Shown here: piece after piece, positions 45,367-54,325 of the stretch | Layout of the letters: each line of letters starts with the position of its first letter | Numbering within the stretch: the first letter of the stretch is position 1 | Assembly (NCBI GenBank): GCA_020249145.1 | Contig: JADCGF010000011.1 | Location: 75,012 to 139,011 of the forward strand | DNA: 64,000 bases | Source of the DNA: Roseomonas sp. | GTDB lineage: Bacteria > Pseudomonadota > Alphaproteobacteria > Acetobacterales > Acetobacteraceae | Direction: 5' to 3' | Notes under the pieces: generated by a model | Seen by the model: only the letters and a program-made list of their open reading frames with translations | Database searches by the model: none | What the model was told of the DNA's origin: nothing | Made by a program: the position numbers and the translations under genes

Positions 45367-46326
45367 ATGAAGCTTTCACGACGCACGCTGATCGCCAGCG
45401 CCCTTGCCACCCCCGCCATTGCCCGCGCGCAAGGCGGCTGGCGGCCGGATAGGCAGATCACCATGATCGTTGCCTTCGCTGCTGGTGGCGGTACGGATGT
45501 CGCCGCGCGCACCATTGCGCGCTTCATGGAAGCGGATCTCGGCCAGTCTGTAGTCGTGCTGAACCGCCCTGGCGCCGGTGGCGAAATCGGCTTCACCGAA
45601 TTGGCGCGCGCCAGGCCCGATGGCTATACGATCGGCTTCATCAATACGCCGACCATCGTTACAATCCCGATCGAAAGGCGCGCGCGCTTTTCGCTCGATG
45701 ATTTTTCGCTGATTGGCAATATCGTGGATGATCCGGGCGGCATGTGGGTGCTGCCTGACAGCCCCCACAAAACGCTTGCTGATCTGCTGGCGGCGGCGCG
45801 GGCCAATCCGGGCACAATCGGGTACGGCACCACGGGCATTGGTTCGGATGACCATCTGGCAATGCTGGCGTTGGAACGCGCTTCCGGTACCAAATTCCTG
45901 CATATCCCCTTCGCCGGATCATCACTGGTGAAGCAGAATGTGTTTTCGCGTACCATTCCACTCGCGGTGATGAATGTCGCCGAAGGGCTGAATGATTGGC
46001 GCCAGGGCACACTGCATCCACTGGCGCAAATGGGCGAAACCCGCTGGGATCGTGCGCCCACCATCCCGACCCTGCGCGAATTGGGTTTTGATGTGGTGGA
46101 AGGGTCCATGCGCGGCATGGCAGCCCCCGCAGGCATGCCTGCTGAGATCATCACGCGCTTGGCTGAATCCGTGAAAAAGACGGTGGATAATCCGGAATTC
46201 CAGAAGCTTGCCGATCAGCAATTCCTGCCGCTGCGCTTCCTGGCGCCCGATGCCTATCGGGCGGAGCTGATTGGGCTGCGCACACGCTATCAGGCGCTGT
46301 GGAACCAGCATCCCTGGCGGGAATGA
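45367..46326 (+). CDS. Bug/TctC substrate-binding protein
   Basis: MKLSRR signal, FAAGGGTD, NRPGAGG, RPDGYT, HIPF.G, IPTLRELG. Confidence 0.9.
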   Translation: MKLSRRTLIASALATPAIARAQGGWRPDRQITMIVAFAAGGGTDVAARTIARFMEADLGQSVVVLNRPGAGGEIGFTELARARPDGYTIGFINTPTIVTIPIERRARFSLDDFSLIGNIVDDPGGMWVLPDSPHKTLADLLAAARANPGTIGYGTTGIGSDDHLAMLALERASGTKFLHIPFAGSSLVKQNVFSRTIPLAVMNVAEGLNDWRQGTLHPLAQMGETRWDRAPTIPTLRELGFDVVEGSMRGMAAPAGMPAEIITRLAESVKKTVDNPEFQKLADQQFLPLRFLAPDAYRAELIGLRTRYQALWNQHPWRE

Positions 46327-46358
46327 TGGTGGAGGCATGATCCAGAAAGCCTGATCCG

Positions 46359-46982
46359 TCAGGGCTTCCACTTGTCGCAAAACGCGGCGACATCTTCCTG
46401 CTGGAAATCTTCAAGCCTGGCCATGATGACCTCAAAGGGCCAATCCCACCAGGCAATCGCTTGCAGCCCTGCGGCGATATCGCGCGGGAAGCGTTCCTTG
46501 ATCATGCGCGCGGGAACGCCGCCCACAATGGTGTAAGGCGCCACATCGCGCGCCACGACCGCACCCGCTGCCAGCACGGCGCCATCACCCACCGTCACAC
46601 CGGCCAATACCGTGACGCCATGGCCAATCCAGACATCATTGCCGATCTTCACACGCGCCGCGCGGCGTTCGGCAAAAAACGCAGCGTCGCGCTGCCTTGT
46701 CCCATCATAGTATTCCGGCACATAGGTGAAGCGATGCTGCGCCGGGCGGCCCATCGGGTGATTGGGCGGGCCGATGCGCACACAAGCCGCAATGGCGCAA
46801 AACTTGCCAATATCCGCATCCGCCACCTGGCAGTCATGGCCAAGATAGGAAGCATCGCCAAGCGTCGAATATGCCACCGAGGATCGTTCCAGAATCTCGC
46901 AGCGCGCGCCAATCTGCGCTTCGCGCAGCTTCACGCTTGAATGGATGAAGGTCTCGGCGATTTTCGGCCCGGCTGGGGTCAT
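46359..46982 (-). CDS. Hexapeptide-repeat (LbH) acetyltransferase, CatB/phosphonate-cluster type
   Basis: [40 protein letters not shown]. Confidence 0.88.
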   Translation of the reverse strand: MTPAGPKIAETFIHSSVKLREAQIGARCEILERSSVAYSTLGDASYLGHDCQVADADIGKFCAIAACVRIGPPNHPMGRPAQHRFTYVPEYYDGTRQRDAAFFAERRAARVKIGNDVWIGHGVTVLAGVTVGDGAVLAAGAVVARDVAPYTIVGGVPARMIKERFPRDIAAGLQAIAWWDWPFEVIMARLEDFQQEDVAAFCDKWKP

Positions 46983-47082
46983 GGTGCTACTCCCCCCTTT
47001 CTCGGAGAACAGCAAAACGCCCGAAAGATGCGGTTCGGTCAATCGGATGGCCCCGCCACCTATCCATGATGATGGCGTTTTC

Positions 47083-47096
47083 TTGATCTTCCTCAA
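47083..47096. promoter_or_regulatory. Putative FNR/FixK box TTGAT-CTTC-CTCAA
   Basis: 9/10 match to TTGAT-N4-ATCAA in a divergent intergenic region. Confidence 0.55.
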
Positions 47097-47194
47097 TATG
47101 CGCGCCCCAGCCCTTGGCATGATGCACGGGCCGCGCTTCAAGTGCGGCGCAAACATATCAGCGGCGCAACACAACCAGGCGCGGCTTTGGGGGC

Positions 47195-47839
47195 ATGATG
47201 GCTGAGATTGATCATCTTGTGATTGGCGCCGCGACGCTGGAAGCTGGCGCAGCCTGGCTGGAACGGCATTTGGGCACGCGCCCGGTTCCCGGCGGGGCGC
47301 ATCCTGGTGTTGGCACACATAACATGCTGCTCGGCCTTGGGTCGGAACAGTATATTGAAATCATCGCCCCGGATCCCGCCCAGGGCACCCCTGCCCATCC
47401 CCGCCCCTTTGATCTGGATGACCCGGCGCTGAAACTGGCGCTGGAGGCCGAACCGCAGCTGATCGCCTATGTCGCCGCGACGCCGGCGATTGAAGCTGTT
47501 GTTGGACGGCTTGGCGCGTCCCATGGCGGGGAGGTGCGCGCCATGCGCCGCGGGGCGCTTTCCTGGCGCATGGCCTTCCCGCCACAGCGCCAGGATATGG
47601 GCAATCTGATCCCGCCCTTGATCCAATGGGATGGCGCGCGGGCCGCCGCGCAAATACCCGATTCCGGTTGGCGCATGACCGGGTTTGAGGCGCAGCACCC
47701 GGATATGGACGCGCTACGCCAAGCCATCGCCGCCCGGGGTCTGGAGGAGGCCGTGAAGCTCCGCCAAAGCCCAAGCGCCAGGCTGATTGCGCATTTGCGC
47801 CATCGGGATGGGCGGGAAGCCGTATTGGCCAGCGCGTGA
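47195..47839 (+). CDS. VOC / glyoxalase-like family protein
   Basis: [31 protein letters not shown]. Confidence 0.88.
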   Translation: MMAEIDHLVIGAATLEAGAAWLERHLGTRPVPGGAHPGVGTHNMLLGLGSEQYIEIIAPDPAQGTPAHPRPFDLDDPALKLALEAEPQLIAYVAATPAIEAVVGRLGASHGGEVRAMRRGALSWRMAFPPQRQDMGNLIPPLIQWDGARAAAQIPDSGWRMTGFEAQHPDMDALRQAIAARGLEEAVKLRQSPSARLIAHLRHRDGREAVLASA

Positions 47840-47998
47840 GGCAGGCGGGCAAAACCCTTTGGGCGCTCTATCCTTCCGCGTAATTTCGGGACATATTTCC
47901 CGCATGGGACGCATTACCCCCCCCTTGCGCCACCGCTGCGCCCAAGGCCCATCGGCGGTTCCGTTTACCGGGTGCCTTTTCGCCGGAGCGGCGGCGGC

Positions 47999-49375
47999 AT
48001 GACTGCGCGCGTTTTGGTGGTAGATGACAGCCTGCCCAACCGCAAGCTGCTCGAAGCCCGGCTGCAGGATGAGTATTTTGAGGTTCTGGGCGCAGCCTCG
48101 GCGGCGGAGGCCATTACGCTCGCGCAGCGCTGGTCGCCCGATATCATCCTTTTGGATGTGCTGATGCCCGTGATGGATGGGTTTGAGGCCTGCCGGCGCC
48201 TGAAGGCCCAGCCGGCCACGGCGCATATCCCCGTGGTGATGGTGACGTCACTCAATGACCAAAGTGAACGGGTGTGCGGCCTTGATGCCGGGGCGGATGA
48301 TTTCCTGGTCAAGCCGGTGGATCAGGCAACGCTTTTCGCGCGGCTGCGCGCGCTGTTGCGGGTGAAGCAGGTGCTGGATGCCTGGCGCCTTCGCGCGGAG
48401 ACCGTGCGCGATCTGGGCTTTGAACCGCCAAGCGCGCCGCCCGAGGAATTTGAGGGTGCCAAGGTGCTGCTGCTTTCGGATAATGTGGCTGAGGCTGCTG
48501 CACTTTCCGGCGCGCTGGCCGCCGATGGCATGGCGCTTGAGCAATTCCGGGATGAGAAGACGGTTTGGGCCAGGTTGCAGGACCCGAAGGCGCATTACGA
48601 TCTTGTGTTGACCTCTCTCCCCATGCCGGAAGGTGATCCGCTGCGCCTTGCGTCACGCTTGCGCGCAGAAGCCGAGACGCGCGATTTGCCGCTGATGCTG
48701 ATTGCGGATGATGAACAACGTGATCTGGTGCTGCGCGCCTTTGAATTGGGCGCATCCGATCACGTGCTGCGCCCGATCAATGAGGAGGAGTTGCGCGCGC
48801 GCGTGCGCAATCAGGTGCGCCGCCGGCGTTATCAGCTCAGGCTGCGGGCGGAATTTGATCGCTCACTTGAATTGGCGGTGACCGATGGGCTGACGGGCCT
48901 GCGCAATCGCCGTTATGTCTTTCGCCATCTGGAATCCCTGCTGCGCGCCGGCACCGCGTGTGGTGTGCTGATGATTGATGTGGATCGCTTCAAGCCGCTC
49001 AATGATTATTATGGCCATGCGGCGGGCGATGCTGCCTTGCGCGAAGTGGCGGCGCGGCTGCGTGAGCATGTGCGCGCTTCCGATATTGTCGCGCGCTATG
49101 GCGGAGAGGAATTCCTGGTGGTGATGTCCGGCGCCGGTGCTGAGGAGACCGCTGTTATTGCCGAAAGGCTCCGCGTTGCCATTGGTGACCGGCCGATTGA
49201 TATTGGCCAGGCCAAGCTGCCGGTCACGGTGAGTATCGGCAGTGCCTTGGCCGGCAATATGACGGAAGCCGAAGCGCTGATCGCAGCCGCAGATGTGGCC
49301 ATGTATCGTGCGAAAGCGCTGGGCAGAAACCGCGTGGAAGCGGCGACAGCGGCGGATTTGCGCCTGCCGAAATAG
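47999..49375 (+). CDS. pleD: PleD family response regulator / diguanylate cyclase
   Basis: REC domain (VVDD, LLDVLMP), pseudo-REC domain, TDGLTGL.NRR, DVDRFK, RASD I-site, GGEEF. Confidence 0.92.
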   Translation: MTARVLVVDDSLPNRKLLEARLQDEYFEVLGAASAAEAITLAQRWSPDIILLDVLMPVMDGFEACRRLKAQPATAHIPVVMVTSLNDQSERVCGLDAGADDFLVKPVDQATLFARLRALLRVKQVLDAWRLRAETVRDLGFEPPSAPPEEFEGAKVLLLSDNVAEAAALSGALAADGMALEQFRDEKTVWARLQDPKAHYDLVLTSLPMPEGDPLRLASRLRAEAETRDLPLMLIADDEQRDLVLRAFELGASDHVLRPINEEELRARVRNQVRRRRYQLRLRAEFDRSLELAVTDGLTGLRNRRYVFRHLESLLRAGTACGVLMIDVDRFKPLNDYYGHAAGDAALREVAARLREHVRASDIVARYGGEEFLVVMSGAGAEETAVIAERLRVAIGDRPIDIGQAKLPVTVSIGSALAGNMTEAEALIAAADVAMYRAKALGRNRVEAATAADLRLPK

Positions 49376-49393
49376 GCATGAGAAAAGCAATAT

Positions 49394-49541
49394 GCGTTCA
49401 GATGGAATCATCTGAACGTGTGAAGATGCTCGAAAAACAACGATGTAGAGCGGGTTGCGTGAACCCATGTGAACGCAACACGCTCTAGCAGGTCGCGTTC
49501 AGATGGCACCATCTGAACGGGTGAAGATGCTCGTGAAACAA
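49394..49541. repeat. Intergenic palindromic mosaic element (1.5 tandem units)
   Basis: CGTTCAGATG-N4-CATCTGAACG..GAAGATGCTCG at 49395 and 49496 (101-bp period), separated by TAGAGCG...CGCTCTA (49446-49487). Confidence 0.85.
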
Positions 49542-49599
49542 AGGATACCATTCAATTGCGCCCGACGGATCGTTGACGGCGCGGCGTTTTCGCTTTGCC

Positions 49600-50211
49600 T
49601 CAGTAAAGATTGGCCTTCATCCGCGCCGGTGCCGCCAGGTCATAGGCCACCGCATCCACCGCGCCCTTCTTATGGGCGGAAATCATCTGCCCCATGCTCG
49701 GTGCCTCAGCCGGGCGCGGGTGGCCGCCCCATAAGGCTGATCGCATCAGCGCTTTCGGGCATTGCATGAAGATTTCGCTGATTTTGATGATCAGCACCGT
49801 GGCCGGTTCCTTGCCCTGCGCCAGGCAGCGCGCACGCAATTCCGGATCGGTTGAAATTGTGGCGGTGCCATGCAGCCGCAGCGTTTCATTCACGCCGGGG
49901 ATCAGGAACAGTAGCGATACCCGGTTGTCTTCCAGAATATCGCGCAGCCCATCAAGCCGGTTATTGCCCTTGCGATCAGGCAGCATGACGTGGTGGTCAT
50001 CCAGCACCTGGACAAAGCCAGGTGCATCGCCACGCGGCGTGATGTGGTTCCCCCGCGAAGCCTGCGTGCCCAACAGCACAAAGGGGCAAGCGGCGATGAA
50101 GGCGCGCGTCGGCGCATCCAGCCTATCGGTGGATTTATTCGCGGCTGTCTCCAGCACCTGATCATACAGGGCTTCAAGCGCGGCGACGCTGGTGACGGCG
50201 TGTTGTTCCAT
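49600..50211 (-). CDS. Pyridoxamine 5'-phosphate oxidase-like FMN-binding protein (MSMEG_1061 family)
   Basis: TPRGDAPGFV, PDRKGNNR.D, LFLIPG..ETLR..G, QCPKAL.RS.LW. Confidence 0.9.
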   Translation of the reverse strand: MEQHAVTSVAALEALYDQVLETAANKSTDRLDAPTRAFIAACPFVLLGTQASRGNHITPRGDAPGFVQVLDDHHVMLPDRKGNNRLDGLRDILEDNRVSLLFLIPGVNETLRLHGTATISTDPELRARCLAQGKEPATVLIIKISEIFMQCPKALMRSALWGGHPRPAEAPSMGQMISAHKKGAVDAVAYDLAAPARMKANLY

Positions 50212-50318
50212 GGGGATGAAAGTCGCAAAATTCAGAGCCACAGGCAAGCAATAGGGAGTGGCGTGGCGCATCGGCTGCGCTTAGTCTGATCCATTAACCC
50301 TTTGAAGGAGCCCCAACC

Positions 50319-50657
50319 ATGATCATTGACCTCCGCATCTATACCTGCCTGCCCAATAAGGTCGCTGACTTTGTCGCGCTTTATGAAAAGGAAGGCTGGG
50401 ACATCCAGAAAAAGCATCTGGGCCGTTGCTATGGCTGGTTCACGACCATCGAAGGTGAATTGAACACCATCGTCCATATGTGGGCCTATGAGGATCAGGC
50501 GGATCGTGAACGCCGCCGCGCCGCCATGGCGGCTGATCCGGCCTGGGCGGCGTATTTGAAGAAAGTCGCGGATACCGGCGCGCTGGTGCAGATGCAGAAC
50601 CGCATCGTCAAGCCGACAGCTTTCTTTGAAGCCTTCCAGGCCGCGCAAAAGGGCTGA
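50319..50657 (+). CDS. NIPSNAP family protein
   Basis: DLRIY, HMWAYED.ADR..RRAAM.ADP.W. Confidence 0.9.
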   Translation: MIIDLRIYTCLPNKVADFVALYEKEGWDIQKKHLGRCYGWFTTIEGELNTIVHMWAYEDQADRERRRAAMAADPAWAAYLKKVADTGALVQMQNRIVKPTAFFEAFQAAQKG

Positions 50658-51190
50658 TGGTCATGGCCGCGCCCGAGGTGCCGATTGATGTGGACCCCGA
50701 AACCGGGATCTGGCGCACTGATGGGCTGCCCATGATCTATCTGCCGCGCCACTTCCTGGTGAATATCCAGAAAAGCGTGGAAGAAGCGATCGGCGCTGAT
50801 CGCTTCCGCGGCATCATGTATGGCTCGGCTGATCTTTCCGCGCTGCAATGGTGCCGCGCGGAAGCGAAGACGCATGGGCTGACAGCCGTTGAGACCTTTC
50901 GGCATTACCTGAAGCGGCTTTCGCAGCGCGGCTATGGATTGTTTGAAATCACTGCCTTGGATGAAGCCGCCGGCACTGCCGCAGTCACGGTGCGCCATTC
51001 GGCCTATGCGCTGGCCTATGGGCAGGTGGGGCGCCCGGTCTGCTACATGTTCGAAGGCAGTTTTGGCGGCGCCATGCGGTATGTGATGGAACAGGCGGGA
51101 CGGCCGACAGAGCCTTCCAGCCGAGAAATTGCCTGTGCTGCCCATGGTGCCAGTGAGTGTCGCTTTGAATTGCGCTGCGATCCGGTGTGA
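50657..51190 (+). CDS. V4R (4-vinyl reductase) / DUF5943 domain protein
   Basis: PIDVDPETG.W.TDG.PMIY.PRHF, RLSQRGYG, CYMF.G, E..C......C.F. Confidence 0.82.
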   Translation: MVMAAPEVPIDVDPETGIWRTDGLPMIYLPRHFLVNIQKSVEEAIGADRFRGIMYGSADLSALQWCRAEAKTHGLTAVETFRHYLKRLSQRGYGLFEITALDEAAGTAAVTVRHSAYALAYGQVGRPVCYMFEGSFGGAMRYVMEQAGRPTEPSSREIACAAHGASECRFELRCDPV

Positions 51191-51201
51191 TGGATCAGGC
51201 G

Positions 51202-51534
51202 CTACACCACCCGCGCCTCAAAGGGCGGCTGCAAATCCGGCGCGTCGAATTCCACCACCCAAAGGTCTGGATCACGCTGGACTTGCCGCGCGACATAGGC
51301 ATCAGCGGTTTCCTGATCCACCGCGCCAGGGCCGGTCGCGCGTAGCCAGGCGGGCCGGCCCTCGGCGTCACGGATTTGGGACAGCACCTGCACGCCCCCC
51401 CGCCCCCGCATCACGCACAGGATGCCGCCGCTATCGGGGTCCCCCTTGCGCAGCACGGCAGCGGCGCGCCCGGCCATGTCGGAAAGCCGGATCGCCATGG
51501 AAACCCAAATGCCGGCCTTTACTTTCGCATCCAT
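51202..51534 (-). CDS. DUF1491 family protein
   Basis: VLRKGDPDSG, Y..RQ..RDPDLWVVE. Confidence 0.85.
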   Translation of the reverse strand: MDAKVKAGIWVSMAIRLSDMAGRAAAVLRKGDPDSGGILCVMRGRGGVQVLSQIRDAEGRPAWLRATGPGAVDQETADAYVARQVQRDPDLWVVEFDAPDLQPPFEARVV

Positions 51535-51613
51535 GGGCGCCTTCTGCCACGTCTTGCCCCTTGCCGGAAGCGCCGCGCCGCGCCATTCAGGCCCCGCGAA
51601 AGAAGGTGTTCCC

Positions 51614-51826
51614 ATGGCTGACCGCAAATTGACCGAAGCGCAACGCGCCTATGAAGCCAAACGCGCCGCCAAGGCAGGCATGAGCCTGGAAAAATGGCTG
51701 ACAGAAAAGGAAAAGCGCGCCGCCGCCGAAGCCAAGGCCGCGGCTGAGGCCACCAAGCCGCCCGCTGAGCCAAAGAAGCCTGGCTTCCTGGGCCGCTTGC
51801 TCGAAAAGGCACAAAAGCCGCTTTGA
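51614..51826 (+). CDS. Small basic Ala/Lys/Glu-rich hypothetical protein (70 aa)
   Basis: AGAAGG RBS, host-like codon usage, fills an otherwise empty gap. Confidence 0.7.
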   Translation: MADRKLTEAQRAYEAKRAAKAGMSLEKWLTEKEKRAAAEAKAAAEATKPPAEPKKPGFLGRLLEKAQKPL

Positions 51827-51895
51827 ACCCGAGCGGGCTTGGATATTGCCGAAGCCGCCCGTAAGCTTCCCTCCTACACCGTATCGAATACAAGC

Positions 51896-52765
51896 ATGCG
51901 CTACACTTATTGGCTCGCCGGTGACCCTACCGATGAATTGCACCCCGCCTTGATGCCCCTCGCGGCTTCCGCGACCATCGCGGAAACGCCTTGTGGGTCC
52001 GGCAGCATGTTCTGGCGCGTTTGGGGTAGGGGTGCGCCGCTGGTGCTGCTGCATGGCGGTTCTGGGTCCTGGCGGCATTGGGCGCGCAATATCGGCCCGC
52101 TAGGTCAGGGCCGCATGGTGATCGCGCCCGATCTGCCCGGGCTTGGCGATAGCGCCATGCCGGAAGGTGTCTCAACGCCCGAAGGCGTGGCGGAAATCCT
52201 GGCACGCGGGCTGGATGGCATTCTGCCCAAGGGCAGCCGCTACGATCTGGCGGGGTTTTCCTTTGGCGCGCTCTGCGCCGGGCATCTGGCCGCGCTTGAT
52301 CAGGACCGTGTGCAAAGCCTCACCATCATCGGCGCCGGCGCGCTTGGCTTTCAAAGAAGCCCAACGCAGCTGGTAAAGGTGCGCGCGCTCTCCGGCGAGG
52401 AACGCATGGCCGCGCATCGGCATAACCTCGTGGAATTGATGTTCGCCGATGCCAGCAAGATTGATGATGTGGCACTCGCCATTCAGGAAACCTCCACACG
52501 CGGGGCGCGCTTCAAAAGCCGTGGTTTTGCGAGCACGGATTCGCTGAAACAGGCGCTGCTGCGCGGGCGCGGGCAGCTCAATGCCATTTACGGCGAATGG
52601 GATGCGATTGTGCGGCCCCATGTGCAGTGGCGGCTTGATCTGGTGCATGGGCTGCGGCCCGGTGCGCGCGCACATGCCATTCCCGGTGCCGGCCATTGGG
52701 TGGCCTATGAAGCCGCCGAGGCATTCAACGCCACGCTGCTGCGTTTTTTGACTGAACAAGCATGA
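51896..52765 (+). CDS. Alpha/beta fold hydrolase
   Basis: LLHGGSG, PDLPG.G.S, GFSFG elbow, AGHW; start uncertain. Confidence 0.88.
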   Translation: MRYTYWLAGDPTDELHPALMPLAASATIAETPCGSGSMFWRVWGRGAPLVLLHGGSGSWRHWARNIGPLGQGRMVIAPDLPGLGDSAMPEGVSTPEGVAEILARGLDGILPKGSRYDLAGFSFGALCAGHLAALDQDRVQSLTIIGAGALGFQRSPTQLVKVRALSGEERMAAHRHNLVELMFADASKIDDVALAIQETSTRGARFKSRGFASTDSLKQALLRGRGQLNAIYGEWDAIVRPHVQWRLDLVHGLRPGARAHAIPGAGHWVAYEAAEAFNATLLRFLTEQA

Positions 52766-53637
52766 GCGATGCTGCCGCGGCACCTCGTAAGGCGGTGCTG
52801 CGCGGCATGGCCTTCATTGCTGTATCGGGCCTGTTGTTCACGCTGCTGAACACCATCATGCGGCAGATGACCTATGAACTTGATCCCTTGCAGGTGCAAT
52901 TCCTGCGCTATCTGATGGGGCTTGTGGTGATGCTGCCCTTCATGCTGCGCGGCGGTGTCATGGCCTGGATGCCGCATAATCTGCGCGGGCAGGTCTGGCG
53001 CGGCTTGGTGCATACGCTTGGGCTGATGCTGTGGTTCATCGCGCTGCCGAATGTGGCGATGGCGGATATGACCGCCATGGGCTTCACAGGGCCGATTTTC
53101 ATCATGGCCGGCGCGGTGTTGTTTTTGGGTGAGCCGATGATTCGGGCGCGCTGGATTGCCGCGGGCATTGGCTTTATCGGCGTTCTGATTGTCGTTGCCC
53201 CTGGCCTGCGGGGCGATGGCGGCTATTGGAATCTGGTGATGTTGGCAAGCACGCCCTTATTCGCCGCATCCTTCCTGATCACCAAGGCACTCACGCGCCA
53301 CGACAAGCCAGAGGTGATTGTGGCTTGGCAATCCATCATGGTGGCGCTGTTTACGCTGCCCTTTGCACTCGCGGTCTGGACCTGGCCGACCGCCGAGCAA
53401 TGGGGCTGGTTTGTGCTGACAGGGATACTCGGCAGTGTTGGCCATTGGTTCCTGACGGAAGCCTTCCGTATTGCCGATATGTCGGCGATCCAGCCGGTGA
53501 AGTTTCTTGATCTGATCTGGGCCAGCCTGATGGGGTGGTTGATCTTCAGCGAAGAACCGGCGCTGACAACCTATGCCGGCGCGTTGGTGATTTTCCTGGC
53601 CACCACCTGGATCGCACGGCGCGAAGCTCGGCGCTGA
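52762..53637 (+). CDS. DMT/EamA family transporter
   Basis: Ten TM segments, FLGE...RARW, two EamA repeats. Confidence 0.9.
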   Translation: MSDAAAAPRKAVLRGMAFIAVSGLLFTLLNTIMRQMTYELDPLQVQFLRYLMGLVVMLPFMLRGGVMAWMPHNLRGQVWRGLVHTLGLMLWFIALPNVAMADMTAMGFTGPIFIMAGAVLFLGEPMIRARWIAAGIGFIGVLIVVAPGLRGDGGYWNLVMLASTPLFAASFLITKALTRHDKPEVIVAWQSIMVALFTLPFALAVWTWPTAEQWGWFVLTGILGSVGHWFLTEAFRIADMSAIQPVKFLDLIWASLMGWLIFSEEPALTTYAGALVIFLATTWIARREARR

Positions 53638-53638
53638 A

Positions 53639-54325
53639 TCAGCCCAACAACAAATCCCGCGCCGCATTGATGCGCGCGGCCAACCACGCGCTGCCACCCT
53701 GATCTGGATGCGCCGTTTTCATCAGGCGCCGATGCGCAGCGCGGATCGCATCCTCATCCGCGCCTTCCTTCAAACCAAGGATATCAAGCGCTTCTTCTCG
53801 TGTTATCGCAGCGCTGCGCGGTTCGGCGGCGGGCTCACTGCGCCAATCAGGATGGGCGCGATCAAGCCAGGCTTCCAGCAGCGCCACGGAATCAATATCC
53901 GCGATTTGGCATTCTTCCAGCAGCAACAGAAGCTCCGGCAGGTTCAGCGCTGCCAGATCGCGCCCGGCGAATTGCCCTGCCTTCACGCTGCCCGTCATGC
54001 GCCCGCTATCATGGTCAAGTGCCATGATCAGAAAGGCGGTTTCCACGCTATTCGCCGCGCCGGTTTGCGGTGCTGGCCCGCCAAAGCGCTTATTGGTGCG
54101 CCAGCGCTGCGCCCATTGCAGCAGCAGCGGCAGAAAGAAGGCCAGCGCGAAAATCGCCTGCTGCCCGCGCGCCGTGAAAAGCCCAAGCAGCAACAGCACG
54201 ACGCCAATGGAGGCCAGCATCACCGCGCCGAATTGCCTGACGCGTGCAACCGGCGCATTGGCGAAAGCGCGCAGCAGCAGGAAAAGCAGAAACAGCGCAA
54301 TGGCGCCAAGCGCAAGCCAGGTCAT
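53639..54325 (-). CDS. Membrane-anchored J-domain (DnaJ-like) protein
   Basis: N-terminal TM segments; C-terminal EALDILG...AHRRLMKTAHPDQGGS...INAARD. Confidence 0.88.
   Translation of the reverse strand: MTWLALGAIALFLLFLLLRAFANAPVARVRQFGAVMLASIGVVLLLLGLFTARGQQAIFALAFFLPLLLQWAQRWRTNKRFGGPAPQTGAANSVETAFLIMALDHDSGRMTGSVKAGQFAGRDLAALNLPELLLLLEECQIADIDSVALLEAWLDRAHPDWRSEPAAEPRSAAITREEALDILGLKEGADEDAIRAAHRRLMKTAHPDQGGSAWLAARINAARDLLLG

Noticed and set aside
49394-49541. Possible mini-CRISPR array
   Set aside because: Only two repeat units, the spacer is itself a palindrome of the same element family, and there are no cas genes
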